From IMG/VR virus record IMGVR_UViG_3300032007_000010: DNA of 64,000 nucleotides. The stretch is one strand, 5' to 3'. Positions 10,120 to 19,424 of this stretch are shown here, piece by piece (the first letter of the stretch is position 1; each line of letters begins with the position of its first letter). This stretch comes from a virus (Duplodnaviria > Caudoviricetes). A program made the translations under genes and the position numbers. The notes under the pieces were generated by a model. The model saw nothing but the letters and a program-made list of their open reading frames with translations, was not told the DNA's origin and searched no databases.

Positions 10120-10524
10120 ATGGGTAATCGGACGGTGGATCTGACCTGGAGAACCGATGGCGGCGGTACTCCTATCCTATCCCGACGTGCGGAGCTCGTG
10201 CTCAATAAGATTGAGATGTTGCTGAATCTCATACCTGGGAAAGATCCCAGGGATCCTGAACGGGGCCTCAACGTGAGATCCCGCCTCAACAAAACCTATG
10301 CGGAGCCGACCCGGGACACCAGCTTCGAGGCCGAGATCACCAAACAGATCACCAAGTACACCGATATCATCGTTTCTCAGGTCATGGTGGTCTACAAGGA
10401 TGAGATCATGTTCATCTACATGGCAATTACCTGGCAGGGAGAGGCATTCCTGGTGGATATCAAGGTTGATGACAACACATTGACCTCACAGCTTCGCAGC
10501 CCCACGGCAAACACCGTGATATGA
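10120..10524 (+). CDS. Probable baseplate wedge gp25-like protein
   Basis: LLNLIPGKDPRDPERGLNV resembles the gp25 PG..P..P..G motif; size fits; start chosen at the ATG after GAAGGTGA. Confidence 0.45.
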   Translation: MGNRTVDLTWRTDGGGTPILSRRAELVLNKIEMLLNLIPGKDPRDPERGLNVRSRLNKTYAEPTRDTSFEAEITKQITKYTDIIVSQVMVVYKDEIMFIYMAITWQGEAFLVDIKVDDNTLTSQLRSPTANTVI

Positions 10525-10553
10525 GATTGGAAAGAAAGGATGGACCATAAAAC

Positions 10554-12320
10554 ATGGCAAATAAACACAACGGGCAGTTCCCGAACATCGACAACATCGC
10601 CCAGCGTCGAGCGCCAAACCAGGTGACCGTGGCACGGGCCGTGGATGCGGATCCACTCTCCGCCGTGCGCCAGGCCACCGGCCTCAATATCACCGAGGCT
10701 GATCTGCGCAGCATCACCAACGATGAGCCAACAACCGCGAAGGTTGCCGGAGAGATTAGCCCGGGCGATTCCTACGGCAAGAGTGGCCTGCGAGCCCTCA
10801 CGCCGCAGGAGACCCAGGAACTATCCGACGATTATGTCCCCATCGATGTGGACAAGGAACTCGAGGAGGCCGAAGATGCCAAGATCGAAAAACATGCGCA
10901 GGAAAGTTTCCAGAGCATGGAAGATCTCTTCGACGGCGCCCTTGACGAGGAGGAAGAACGCGAGAAGCGCATCGTCGAAGCGGCAAAGAAGCCGGAGGAG
11001 CGCGAGAAGCTCGTGACCGAGAAGCAGAAGGCCGAGGCGGCCAAGGTTGCCTACAAACCCGACATGATGGACGACGATGACGAGCTCATCCAGCGCCGCG
11101 AACGTCTTGTCTCCGGAGAGAATGAACGCACGGCCATGGACAGCGAAGCTGGCGAAGAGGACGATCTCATGCCGGCCTACGACGATGACGACGATCCGAT
11201 TCCTGTGGCCACGGACGGTGAGGCCGACGAACAGAAACGTCCGACTCCGGATCAGTCCGATGAAGAGCAGGCCGACTACATTCGAAATCTCCGAACCGTA
11301 AACTTTGGCAGCGCCGAAGACGATGACGACGCGGGCATGGACATCTCCTCGGTGGTACACGTGCGCCGCGAACGGGCGACCGTGGTGCCCTCCACCGAGC
11401 GGAGCTCAAACTATCGTTCGGTCGGAGACCAGGCTTTCATCAACGCCATGAATCGATACAAGCGCGATAAGTTCCGCGTCATCACCGCGCCACTCATCAA
11501 CTCAGGCTTCAGCGTTGACATCGTAGGAACAGCACCCATGGATCTGACCCTGCTCTATGCCGCGGTGGATGAGAATACTCCGCAGGCTGACTACGAGATC
11601 GAGAAGATGAAGACCGTGATTCGCAACGTGGTTGCGGCAAATCCCAAGGTCAAGTCCGAGAATCTGCGCAACATGATCCACTTCGCCGACTATCAGATCA
11701 TGGCCTATGCACATGTCTGCGGAACACTCAAGGATGTGGAGCTCATCCACACCTGCGATTCCTGCGGCAAGGACTTCCACATCGTGGCAGCGTCCACCGA
11801 TCTGGTGCTCAACGCCGATGACATGAAGGAGCGAATTCAACAGATCCGTTCGGCCACCAGCGCCGGAGAAAACTCTCTGCTGGCCAAGGACGAGCGTCTC
11901 GAATGGAGCACCGGGCACACGGTGATCCTCGGTCATCCGTCATACCACGAGTACATTCGTCACCTCGAGGAGCTGCGTGCCACGCTGCGTCAGCTGAGCT
12001 CCACCGAGAATACCCGACTCCGCGCCATCGTGCAGATTCTCCCCTATGTTCGTTCTGCCGAGCTCGCCGAGATCGGTCGCACCAACAACCTCTACCAGAG
12101 ATATCTGGCCATCACCATGCTCGACGAGGATGAGTACGCCGAGCTCGTCGAACACGTCGACGCCATGCGTCGTCAGATCGTCGTTCCCGAGTTTGGCATT
12201 CGCCGCGTGAGATGTCCCCACTGCCACAAATACAATAACAACATTCGCTACAGCGATCTCACCGACCTGGTTTTTTTCCATACCACGGTCAGCCGCTTGT
12301 TGAAGCAAACCGCCCGCTGA
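10554..12320 (+). CDS. Probable tail/baseplate assembly chaperone (acidic N-terminus, two CxxC pairs)
   Basis: 588 aa; CDSC and CPHC; ends in a slippery T-run. Confidence 0.5.
   Translation: MANKHNGQFPNIDNIAQRRAPNQVTVARAVDADPLSAVRQATGLNITEADLRSITNDEPTTAKVAGEISPGDSYGKSGLRALTPQETQELSDDYVPIDVDKELEEAEDAKIEKHAQESFQSMEDLFDGALDEEEEREKRIVEAAKKPEEREKLVTEKQKAEAAKVAYKPDMMDDDDELIQRRERLVSGENERTAMDSEAGEEDDLMPAYDDDDDPIPVATDGEADEQKRPTPDQSDEEQADYIRNLRTVNFGSAEDDDDAGMDISSVVHVRRERATVVPSTERSSNYRSVGDQAFINAMNRYKRDKFRVITAPLINSGFSVDIVGTAPMDLTLLYAAVDENTPQADYEIEKMKTVIRNVVAANPKVKSENLRNMIHFADYQIMAYAHVCGTLKDVELIHTCDSCGKDFHIVAASTDLVLNADDMKERIQQIRSATSAGENSLLAKDERLEWSTGHTVILGHPSYHEYIRHLEELRATLRQLSSTENTRLRAIVQILPYVRSAELAEIGRTNNLYQRYLAITMLDEDEYAELVEHVDAMRRQIVVPEFGIRRVRCPHCHKYNNNIRYSDLTDLVFFHTTVSRLLKQTAR
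12272..12278 (+). promoter_or_regulatory. -1 programmed frameshift slippery heptamer T TTT TTC
   Basis: Canonical X XXY YYZ in the correct phase; the -1 frame is open from here to the stop at 12577. Confidence 0.65.
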
Positions 12321-12577
12321 TCCGAGCATGGGTGAAGAAGTGCAAGGATACCGCAAAGGACTATCGCGACATGGTCTACAACGCGCACACGATCCTCAAG
12401 GACTATCACAGCTACGATGACATCATGTCGACGCCGCTGCGGGACATCATCGATGACATCGAATACTTCACGCCCAAACTCAAGGAAATCACACGGCGCC
12501 AGGAGGCTGACCGTCTCAGAGCCGAATTTTCCGGCAAGGCTAACATGGTAAAACCGGGAGGAAGGAGATACGAATGA
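12272..12577 (+). CDS. Frameshift extension (GT-like) of the upstream chaperone
   Basis: -1 frame FFPYHGQPLVEANRPLIRAWVKKCKDT...SYDDIMSTPLRDI; no good RBS before GTG 12332. Confidence 0.6.
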   Translation, partial: FFPYHGQPLVEANRPLIRAWVKKCKDTAKDYRDMVYNAHTILKDYHSYDDIMSTPLRDIIDDIEYFTPKLKEITRRQEADRLRAEFSGKANMVKPGGRRYE

Positions 12578-12945
12578 GCAGAGAACACAAGCTCAATCTC
12601 ACCCGCCCCGAGTTTCTCAGAAAGATTCTCACCGAAGGAGATGACCATCGCGACATTCGTGAGTCTGATCTGATCCAGCTCATGAATCGAGGCAATGCCC
12701 TCCCCTACTGTAGCTACACGGCCATCATGGAGCTGGATATGAAACCCTCCGACATGGTCTACATCGGCATCGATGAGGAAGGAACCGTGGCCATGAAACT
12801 CTCCAGCAAGGAGCTGGCCAAGCGGGTGAAACAACAGACCAACAAGGAGGTCATCAGCATGGGCATCCACCGCTACAAGATGCATGTGAAGATCTCCGGT
12901 GCATATGTCTTCGTGACCATCGATCAGCTCGAGGACGAGATCTAA
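12574..12945 (+). CDS. Hypothetical protein
   Basis: 123 aa, AAGGAG RBS, ATGA overlap with upstream stop. Confidence 0.8.
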   Translation: MSREHKLNLTRPEFLRKILTEGDDHRDIRESDLIQLMNRGNALPYCSYTAIMELDMKPSDMVYIGIDEEGTVAMKLSSKELAKRVKQQTNKEVISMGIHRYKMHVKISGAYVFVTIDQLEDEI

Positions 12946-12953
12946 AGAAAACT

Positions 12954-12978
12954 ATCCCCTCCCAATTCGGGAGGGGAT
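12954..12978 (+). terminator. Intrinsic terminator
   Basis: ATCCCCTCCC/GGGAGGGGAT stem followed by T-rich tail. Confidence 0.7.
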
Positions 12979-13040
12979 TTTGTTGTGTCAAGATCAGTAC
13001 CCGTCGATGGTACAAAATAATCAGAATTCAGAAGATAAAA

Positions 13041-13073
13041 TATCACAGGGGCCTTTATTGTGCCCCTGTGATA
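13041..13073 (-). terminator. Terminator of the DGR RT
   Basis: 12-bp stem TATCACAGGGGC/GCCCCTGTGATA 10 nt past the RT stop, T-run on minus strand. Confidence 0.7.
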
Positions 13074-13083
13074 ATGTTTTGTA

Positions 13084-14496
13084 TCAATATGTAGTAAAAT
13101 CGGTAAACGAAATTCTGGAATGTTCAGTACTTTTGCCTCGTTTATGAGATTTCTCATGCTTATTCTTATCCTGATAATTTCGGCTTATCGGTGGTAGCGG
13201 AAGATATCTATCGTCATCCACAACCATATCCAGATTTTCAAACTTAGCAATATCTCGCTCCATATGAACCCCAGCCCATCGCATCTTCCTCTTTGATTTA
13301 ATTGTGTTATAGAACCTATCCCCATATAGAGACCCATCTTTCTTCTTTGGTCGTTTTCGCAATATGATAAAGCCGTTACTATCGAAATCTGTATCTTCCA
13401 GTGTGGTTCTATACTCAGCCATGGTTCTTGGTTCGAACTCTTTTCCTCCAAGCATATGCATGGTTTTCTCGTATAAATTCTTAGATTTTTCAGTTTCGCC
13501 GCGTTTTGCATGACCGTGCCATGATTCTAGCGAATCTATCGCAGCGCTGCGCTCAATGATTCCATCTTCAACCATAGCAACATGCTTGGTGAGTTTGCGT
13601 TTTTCGTTACGTACTTTGCCAGGAAGTACTGTCATATCAACATTATGGGTACGTAGGTTGTATCTAAAATTGAACCCAATGAATCGAATACCTTCTGCAT
13701 AAGGATGGATCTGACTCTTCGGATTGAGCTCAAGATCAAGTTTCTCTTCAACGTATCTTTTGATTTCTTTGTAGCAATGCTTCAAATACTCTTTGTCCTT
13801 ATGAATAAGATAAAAATCATCCATATAACGACCATAATATTTTATCTGAAGCTTCTCTTTGATAAAGTGATCGAGTCCATTTAGATAATAGACTGCGAGC
13901 CATTGTGACGTCTGGAACCCGATGCATAGACCGCGGGTCGACCCATCAAAATCTTCGATTGCGTATATGAGAGTATGCATGAGGTCCTGTAATTTTTTAT
14001 CTATTGGTAGCTTTCGAATCATCTTCATGCAGATCTCACGATTGATTTCATAGAAAAAATGATGGATGTCGCAAGATAGTACGAACCCATTGTTGGTGTA
14101 TCCCATCTCGGCAGAAAATGCATTCATGTTATGTCTAATACGCTCCTCCGCAAGTGCACTGCCTTTTCCTTCTTGTGTTGCATAGTTGTCGTATATTAGC
14201 ATTGGTTGTATGGCAGGTTCTAGGACATGTTTGCACATGAGTCGTTGAACTATTTTATCTTCAAACTGATTTGCGGTTATCTCTCGCTTCTTCGGTTCGT
14301 ATATGATAAATGAGTATAGATCAGTGATACGATAGGTTCCTTTTATGAGGCGAGTATATAATTTATTGATATTTTTGGTCAGATCTAGGTGAAATTTAAC
14401 AACCTCATTGCGAGTGGTCTTTCCTTGTCGACAATGGTAGTATGCTCGCAGAAGATTTTCATAGGTAACCACATCTTCATATCTTATAACCTTCAT
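13084..14496 (-). CDS. brt: DGR reverse transcriptase
   Basis: IYEPKKREI, FEDKIVQR, CDIHHFF, GLCIGFQTSQ, YYGRYMDDF, FIGF; start taken at MKVIRYED; long basic C-terminal extension. Confidence 0.95.
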   Translation of the reverse strand: MKVIRYEDVVTYENLLRAYYHCRQGKTTRNEVVKFHLDLTKNINKLYTRLIKGTYRITDLYSFIIYEPKKREITANQFEDKIVQRLMCKHVLEPAIQPMLIYDNYATQEGKGSALAEERIRHNMNAFSAEMGYTNNGFVLSCDIHHFFYEINREICMKMIRKLPIDKKLQDLMHTLIYAIEDFDGSTRGLCIGFQTSQWLAVYYLNGLDHFIKEKLQIKYYGRYMDDFYLIHKDKEYLKHCYKEIKRYVEEKLDLELNPKSQIHPYAEGIRFIGFNFRYNLRTHNVDMTVLPGKVRNEKRKLTKHVAMVEDGIIERSAAIDSLESWHGHAKRGETEKSKNLYEKTMHMLGGKEFEPRTMAEYRTTLEDTDFDSNGFIILRKRPKKKDGSLYGDRFYNTIKSKRKMRWAGVHMERDIAKFENLDMVVDDDRYLPLPPISRNYQDKNKHEKSHKRGKSTEHSRISFTDFTTY

Positions 14497-14771
14497 CTCT
14501 TGGCCTCTTAACTTTGATCTAAACGACAGTATAAACCCACCACCATACGGTGGTGTTGATCTCATCCACGTACCAGAATCGGTGCTATTTCAACCGAGTC
14601 GGGCATATGAATGAGCGCGGGTACGTTTCTCCATTGAAGCATAGTAGAGCCTCTCCGGACAGGATACAATCTCCTTGCACCTACGATATGCGTTCGACTG
14701 ATCCAATGTGAGATCAGTTTACTAGATCGATCGCTGCTGCACGTCTATAAGACATGCAACATAGGCACAAT

Positions 14772-14870
14772 CGGGCCGGAAACCGCCATTGGTATTGTTG
14801 GCGTTGTTGTTGTTGAAGTTGCCATCGTTATTCACGTTCCACACATTGTTGGAGTTGTTGGGATTCGGCG
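14772..14870 (-). repeat. DGR template repeat (TR), 99 nt
   Basis: AAC/AAT-rich: CG CCG AAT CCC AAC AAC TCC AAC AAT GTG TGG AAC GTG AAT AAC GAT GGC AAC TTC (AAC)4 GCC AAC AAT ACC AAT GGC GGT TTC CGG CCC G. Confidence 0.97.
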
Positions 14871-14981
14871 AACTTTACTCACGTAGACCGTAACCTAATA
14901 TACATATGTTCCCAACAACTCCTATTGGCCCGATTGTGTCTATGTGAGACAACGCATTGTGTGTGATATAAATAAACAGCG

Positions 14982-15554
14982 TCATGCAGTGAATTTATCC
15001 TTTTCGTCATCAGAGTTGTTTGCTCGTTTTATCAAAACGACAAACCCATCACTATCCCTATATTTTTCCAACTCATTCCACTGACGTTTAATCTGACCTC
15101 TCACCCAACGCTCATGTGCTCTGATAACGTATTCCTTTCTGCTTGGCAATTTACGCTTTTTGTTGTATGCATTCTTCTTTGTATATCCAAATGCCGTTTC
15201 AACCTTAGTCATCAATTCTGCCAACTCTTTCGTGTTGTTCAAATTGGTAATTCGTGTTGATAGTTGAATAAGCGATAATAGACGATGATAATGATCTTGT
15301 GCTTTTTCAAAATGTTTTAGCTGTTTCTTCGCAGTCTTTTTGTGCTTGGGACTCATCGCAAGAGCAGTGTTTAGTTCTGCGCAAAATTCTTCGCATTCAG
15401 ATAAGATTTTATCCGTTACAACAAATCGATAGCGTTTTGGTACATATTTTTCATTATTATAGACCGTAGCCAGATATTTGAATAAGTTTTCTGAATGAAT
15501 GGCCACCGCATAGGGTTCACCCTTGCCCTTGGTTTTATATTTCGGCCTTGACAT
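14982..15554 (-). CDS. avd: DGR accessory variability determinant (Avd-like) with C-terminal extension
   Basis: Basic helical 190 aa protein with PKRYRF motif, located between target and TR. Confidence 0.8.
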   Translation of the reverse strand: MSRPKYKTKGKGEPYAVAIHSENLFKYLATVYNNEKYVPKRYRFVVTDKILSECEEFCAELNTALAMSPKHKKTAKKQLKHFEKAQDHYHRLLSLIQLSTRITNLNNTKELAELMTKVETAFGYTKKNAYNKKRKLPSRKEYVIRAHERWVRGQIKRQWNELEKYRDSDGFVVLIKRANNSDDEKDKFTA

Positions 15555-15608
15555 AGAGCATATTCCCCCAAATATATAATCAGCATCGCGGCCTTCGGCC
15601 GTGTTGGC

Positions 15609-15621
15609 TTATAATTGTGTC
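15609..15621 (-). promoter_or_regulatory. Putative late promoter upstream of avd
   Basis: GACACAATTATAA matches RACA-N4-TATAA. Confidence 0.5.
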
Positions 15622-15652
15622 TTTATATTTCAAAAATGATATAAAAATTTGA

Positions 15653-15684
15653 TGCTCCCGGGGTGATACAACACCCCGGGAGCA
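15653..15684 (-). terminator. Terminator/hairpin downstream of DGR target gene
   Basis: 13-bp perfect stem TGCTCCCGGGGTG/CACCCCGGGAGCA, T-run on minus strand. Confidence 0.7.
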
Positions 15685-15843
15685 ATCATGTCTGGAATCA
15701 AATAACTGGTTGCATGTATGGTCGTGGGACATAATTGTTCTCGACTACGCTTCGCTCATAACCCTGCCAATGGGCGGGTTATGGTCGGAACAAAATATGC
15801 CCACTATTGAACCTGTGTTCAAATACATGCAACAATACATCTA

Positions 15844-17358
15844 TCACGCCTGGAACTGTACTTTAACTGCGGGCCGGAAACCGCCATTGGTATCGTTGGC
15901 GCTGAAGTAGCTGCCGAAGCTGCCATCGTAACGCACGCCCCACACAACGCTGGAGTTGCCGGGATCCGGCGTAGAGGTCCAGTACCAGCTGTTGCCGCCG
16001 GTCTGCTTGCGGTTGTCCGCAGACGCTTTTGGCCAATCCCAATCAGACTCGTACTGTGCCTTAGACGGGATGAAAACCTTGCTGGTACCACCATTGACCG
16101 TCACAGACTGGCAGTACGACATAGCTTCGCTACCGAGCGTCGTCTCATAGTTAGCGCAGGTTGTCTTGAGGATATCGGAATTCGCGTAAACATTGCTGTT
16201 AGACGACGCAAATGCTCCGGTAGAAACGATACCATTCGACGCCAGATATGCATATTTACCGTCAACATGCTGGACGATCCAGCTCTTGCCCGCAAAGGTG
16301 ACCGTAGAACCAGCAGATACCGTGCCACTGATCGGATTCACGAAGAAGCTGGCGGTGACCGAGCACGTCTTGCTTGCAGCGGTGTAGTTACCGCCGCTGG
16401 CTGTCACTGTGATCGTGGCAGTACCAGTTGTATCGTTCACGCTGCTCACCGTCACCGTGGAACCGCTGCGGCTCACTGTGACCACGCTGGTATTGTCGGA
16501 GCTGACGCTCAGCGTACCATCGTAGTTGCCGCTGATGGTGAAGGTGGTGGACTTGGTGGTGCTGTTCAGCGTGATGCTGGTCTTGCTGAGCGACATGGTG
16601 TTGGCCGCCTTGCTGATGGTGACAGTGCACTTCTTCGCCGCCGCAACCGCGGTCCAGTTTCCGTTGGTCGCATCAGCATCCACGCGGCAATAGATGTCGT
16701 AGGAACCGGCATTGATCGCGCTGGGCAGGCTGCTGACATAGGCGCTGGAAGCCGGTGCGGAAGAACCGGCCGTGACCGCCGCGTAGAGCAGCGTACCAAA
16801 GGTGGTGGAGCCGGCATTGACCAGGGTCTGCGAAGATCCTGTGTAGGTGAGGGTCTTCGCCGTGGGAGCCGTGATGGTCGGGGTCGCCGGATTGAGCGTC
16901 CAGGTCTTGTAGACGATGCGACGATCCAGCGTGGATGCCCAGACGTATCCCTTCTTGGGTGTGAAGCCCACGGTGTAGGTACCCTGGTTGGTGGCGCTGG
17001 TGTCGCCGGAGATGGTGAGCTTGGTGGAATCGTAGTTGTTCCAGCTCGGGCTCCGGCTGGAGCCGTTGTAGGTCGGATTGCTCGCCACGGACGGCTCGAC
17101 ATCGATCTCCTCATTGGCAGCGGAGGTCGCCACCTCGTATGGGAGGTTGTTGATGCCAATGAAGACCTTGCTGGTACCCACCAGGATCTTGCCCGAAGCG
17201 AGGGTCTCGGGGGCATCGTCGGTGACCTGCACCTCGGGCAGACTACCCTCAACCGTGGTGCCGTCCGGGCGCAGCACCAGGCTGCTGTCCGTCTCGAAGT
17301 GCACCGTATCATAGCTCGAGCCGTTGTAGCGATGCAGCCTCTGTTTCAGAGTTGCCAT
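15844..17358 (-). CDS. DGR target: tail fibre/adhesin with Ig-like repeats and C-terminal C-type-lectin-like variable domain
   Basis: Start MATLKQRLH after AGGAGG; Thr/Ser-rich Ig-like segments; C-terminus WYWTSTP...VWGVRYDGSF...GGFRPAV. Confidence 0.9.
   Translation of the reverse strand: MATLKQRLHRYNGSSYDTVHFETDSSLVLRPDGTTVEGSLPEVQVTDDAPETLASGKILVGTSKVFIGINNLPYEVATSAANEEIDVEPSVASNPTYNGSSRSPSWNNYDSTKLTISGDTSATNQGTYTVGFTPKKGYVWASTLDRRIVYKTWTLNPATPTITAPTAKTLTYTGSSQTLVNAGSTTFGTLLYAAVTAGSSAPASSAYVSSLPSAINAGSYDIYCRVDADATNGNWTAVAAAKKCTVTISKAANTMSLSKTSITLNSTTKSTTFTISGNYDGTLSVSSDNTSVVTVSRSGSTVTVSSVNDTTGTATITVTASGGNYTAASKTCSVTASFFVNPISGTVSAGSTVTFAGKSWIVQHVDGKYAYLASNGIVSTGAFASSNSNVYANSDILKTTCANYETTLGSEAMSYCQSVTVNGGTSKVFIPSKAQYESDWDWPKASADNRKQTGGNSWYWTSTPDPGNSSVVWGVRYDGSFGSYFSANDTNGGFRPAVKVQFQA
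15870..15971 (-). repeat. DGR variable repeat (VR), 102 nt
   Basis: 13 substitutions outside the AAC run plus 5-6 inside, all at TR adenines, and one extra NNC codon. Confidence 0.97.
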
Positions 17359-17766
17359 GTTTATCCTCCTTTTCGATGGAATTTTGGGATGGTGTTGGCA
17401 CATCCCCGTCTGGTCTGGGAACTGTTTTTGTGCGCACGAATCGAAGTCGTGGCCATTTCATACCTCCTATCTCGTAAAAATTGTAAGAAAAACGCCCCCG
17501 GAAACGGGGGTAATGAAGGTTTTTATCTGACCGTAGGGTTTTTGGCAGAAAATCTAATACCACACATTTTGGCAGAGATTTTCACATTGCCTTACCGCAG
17601 GTAATGACCTCTCGGGTCATAACCCTCATTTCATCATGATTTCCTGAAGCGTTCTCTTATTATTCTGTTCGGTATTTCAATTTGTACGAGACGGGAAAGG
17701 GCCCCGGGTTGATGATGCTCAGCCCGGGACCCGGTTGTGTTCCCAGTATCGACCTAGGCTCGTTGA

Positions 17767-19359
17767 TCAGGTAATGGTCTCGAACCACAGGCCGTTGGTC
17801 TGCTGGTTGGTGGGCTCGCTGGCCGCGAAGGACGCCTCGACGAAGCCGAGCGCGGTGATGTCGCTGGCGACGACGGCGGTGGTGCCAGAGACGTGGCCGG
17901 TGCCATCGACCGTGACCTTGTAGAAGCCGTTGGTCTTGGCGGTGTAGGTCGGATGCGTGTAGGGAGTGGCCCACTCGCCGGCGCCATTCAGGAACTTGCC
18001 CTGATCGCCCTTCGCAGGAGCAGGAACGAGACCCTTGGTGCCCGCCGCGCTCGCGGAGGCCGCACCCATGGTGTCCATGTCACTCTTGATCTGGGCAACG
18101 GTGACCACATCGCTGGTCGTGCCGTCGATGGTCTTCGTGATCTTCTTGTTGGTGCCGTCGTAGGCAACCGTGGAGACGGTGGCGGACTTGTCAGCCTTGT
18201 CGGCGATGTCGCTGGCCTGCAGGAAGGTCTCGAAGGTGCCGGCCTGGCTCAGAGCCTTGCTCGTGGTGGCGCCATCGAAGGCGACGCTGGCACGGGCGAC
18301 CTTGTTGCCGTCGGAGGCATCGATGATGGCGAGCTTGTCACCGTTGGCGATGGTCGCATCGCTGGCGATCGCACCATCGTTGGTGATGTTGCCATGGGTG
18401 TGGCTCAGAGGAGTACGAGCGTCGCTGAGGCGAGGATCGTTCTCGAGGATTGCGGTGGCACCCTTTCTGAGGGTGACGGTGTGACCACTGACATCGATAT
18501 CGGTCACGACATTACCGGTGTCGGTGGCGGGGGTGGTACCCTTGGAGAGCTCGGCCTCGTCCTGCCAGGTGGCCTGGGCGCCGTTGACGCTCTTCAGGAC
18601 CTTGCCGGTGGCGGTGGCGGCGGGAACATGCTTCGTGTCATCGATGCTATGCGCATAGGCGGCGGCACCGCGATCACCACGATAGGCGGTGGACTCGGTC
18701 TCGCCGAGGGCCAGGCTCGCGCTGATCTCGACATAGTCGCTGCCGCCCCAACGATAGGTCAGGTTGGTGTCCTTGGTGACATAGATCTTGCCGCTCTCGC
18801 CGGTGGCGGGGAAAGCAGCACGATTCGCAAACTCGAGTACGTCGTCGACGTAGCTGGGCAGCTGGCTGGAGGGAACCTTGCCGGTGTTGTCGAGCTCCGC
18901 GAGACCATTGTTGGCGCCCTTGAGGCTGGTCTCGAGCTTGTTATCGAGCTGGGTCTGGATGCTGGAGGTGACACCGGCCACGTAGCCGATCTCGGTGGCG
19001 GTCACGCCGGAGTCGGCGACGGCGCCGCTGGCATTGGTGATCAGGGCCTTGCCCTTGATGGTGTCGGAGACCAGATCGCTCAGATCGTGGTTGTGCTCGG
19101 CCGCAGCGAAGTCAGCAGCCTTCTTGCCGGAATCGGCCAGGTCGCCGGCGGAGGTGAGACTCGCGAAGTTGCCGGACGTGGCGCTGGTAACCTTGTTGGC
19201 ACTGTTGGTCTCGAGCACGCTCAGCGCAGACTCGACTGTGCCATTGGCCGCACCACCCACGGTGTAGCGAAGAACTTCGCTGGCCTGGGTTTCGAGGTGC
19301 AGTACGTCATACTGACCTTCGGTGTTCTTTCTGCGAAGACGATATTTCAGAATGGCCAT
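17767..19359 (-). CDS. Tail fibre-like protein
   Basis: 530 aa Ala/Thr/Gly-rich; KVPSSQLPSYVDDVLE, ALGETESTAYRGDRG, DPRLSDARTPLSHTH, KGLVPAPAKG are typical fibre segments; N-terminus similar to DGR target (YDVLHLET vs YDTVHFET). Confidence 0.8.
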   Translation of the reverse strand: MAILKYRLRRKNTEGQYDVLHLETQASEVLRYTVGGAANGTVESALSVLETNSANKVTSATSGNFASLTSAGDLADSGKKAADFAAAEHNHDLSDLVSDTIKGKALITNASGAVADSGVTATEIGYVAGVTSSIQTQLDNKLETSLKGANNGLAELDNTGKVPSSQLPSYVDDVLEFANRAAFPATGESGKIYVTKDTNLTYRWGGSDYVEISASLALGETESTAYRGDRGAAAYAHSIDDTKHVPAATATGKVLKSVNGAQATWQDEAELSKGTTPATDTGNVVTDIDVSGHTVTLRKGATAILENDPRLSDARTPLSHTHGNITNDGAIASDATIANGDKLAIIDASDGNKVARASVAFDGATTSKALSQAGTFETFLQASDIADKADKSATVSTVAYDGTNKKITKTIDGTTSDVVTVAQIKSDMDTMGAASASAAGTKGLVPAPAKGDQGKFLNGAGEWATPYTHPTYTAKTNGFYKVTVDGTGHVSGTTAVVASDITALGFVEASFAASEPTNQQTNGLWFETIT

Positions 19360-19424
19360 GCTTGGTATTCCTCCTTAATAGAATGGATTCATGAATCTTT
19401 GTCTGGAAGATGATGACGAGAGGG

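Larger units (their letters stand above)
13041..17358 (-). mobile_element. Diversity-generating retroelement (target/VR - avd - TR - RT)
   Basis: All four components present in canonical order; TR/VR substitutions fall only at TR adenines; avd and RT visibly AT-richer than flanks. Confidence 0.97.

Noticed and set aside
12942-13157. 71-aa minus ORF overlapping the RT end
   Set aside because: Runs through two terminator hairpins, no RBS; likely spurious.
13084-14565. Group II intron or retron interpretation of the RT
   Set aside because: The TR/VR pair with adenine-only differences and an avd gene identify a DGR.
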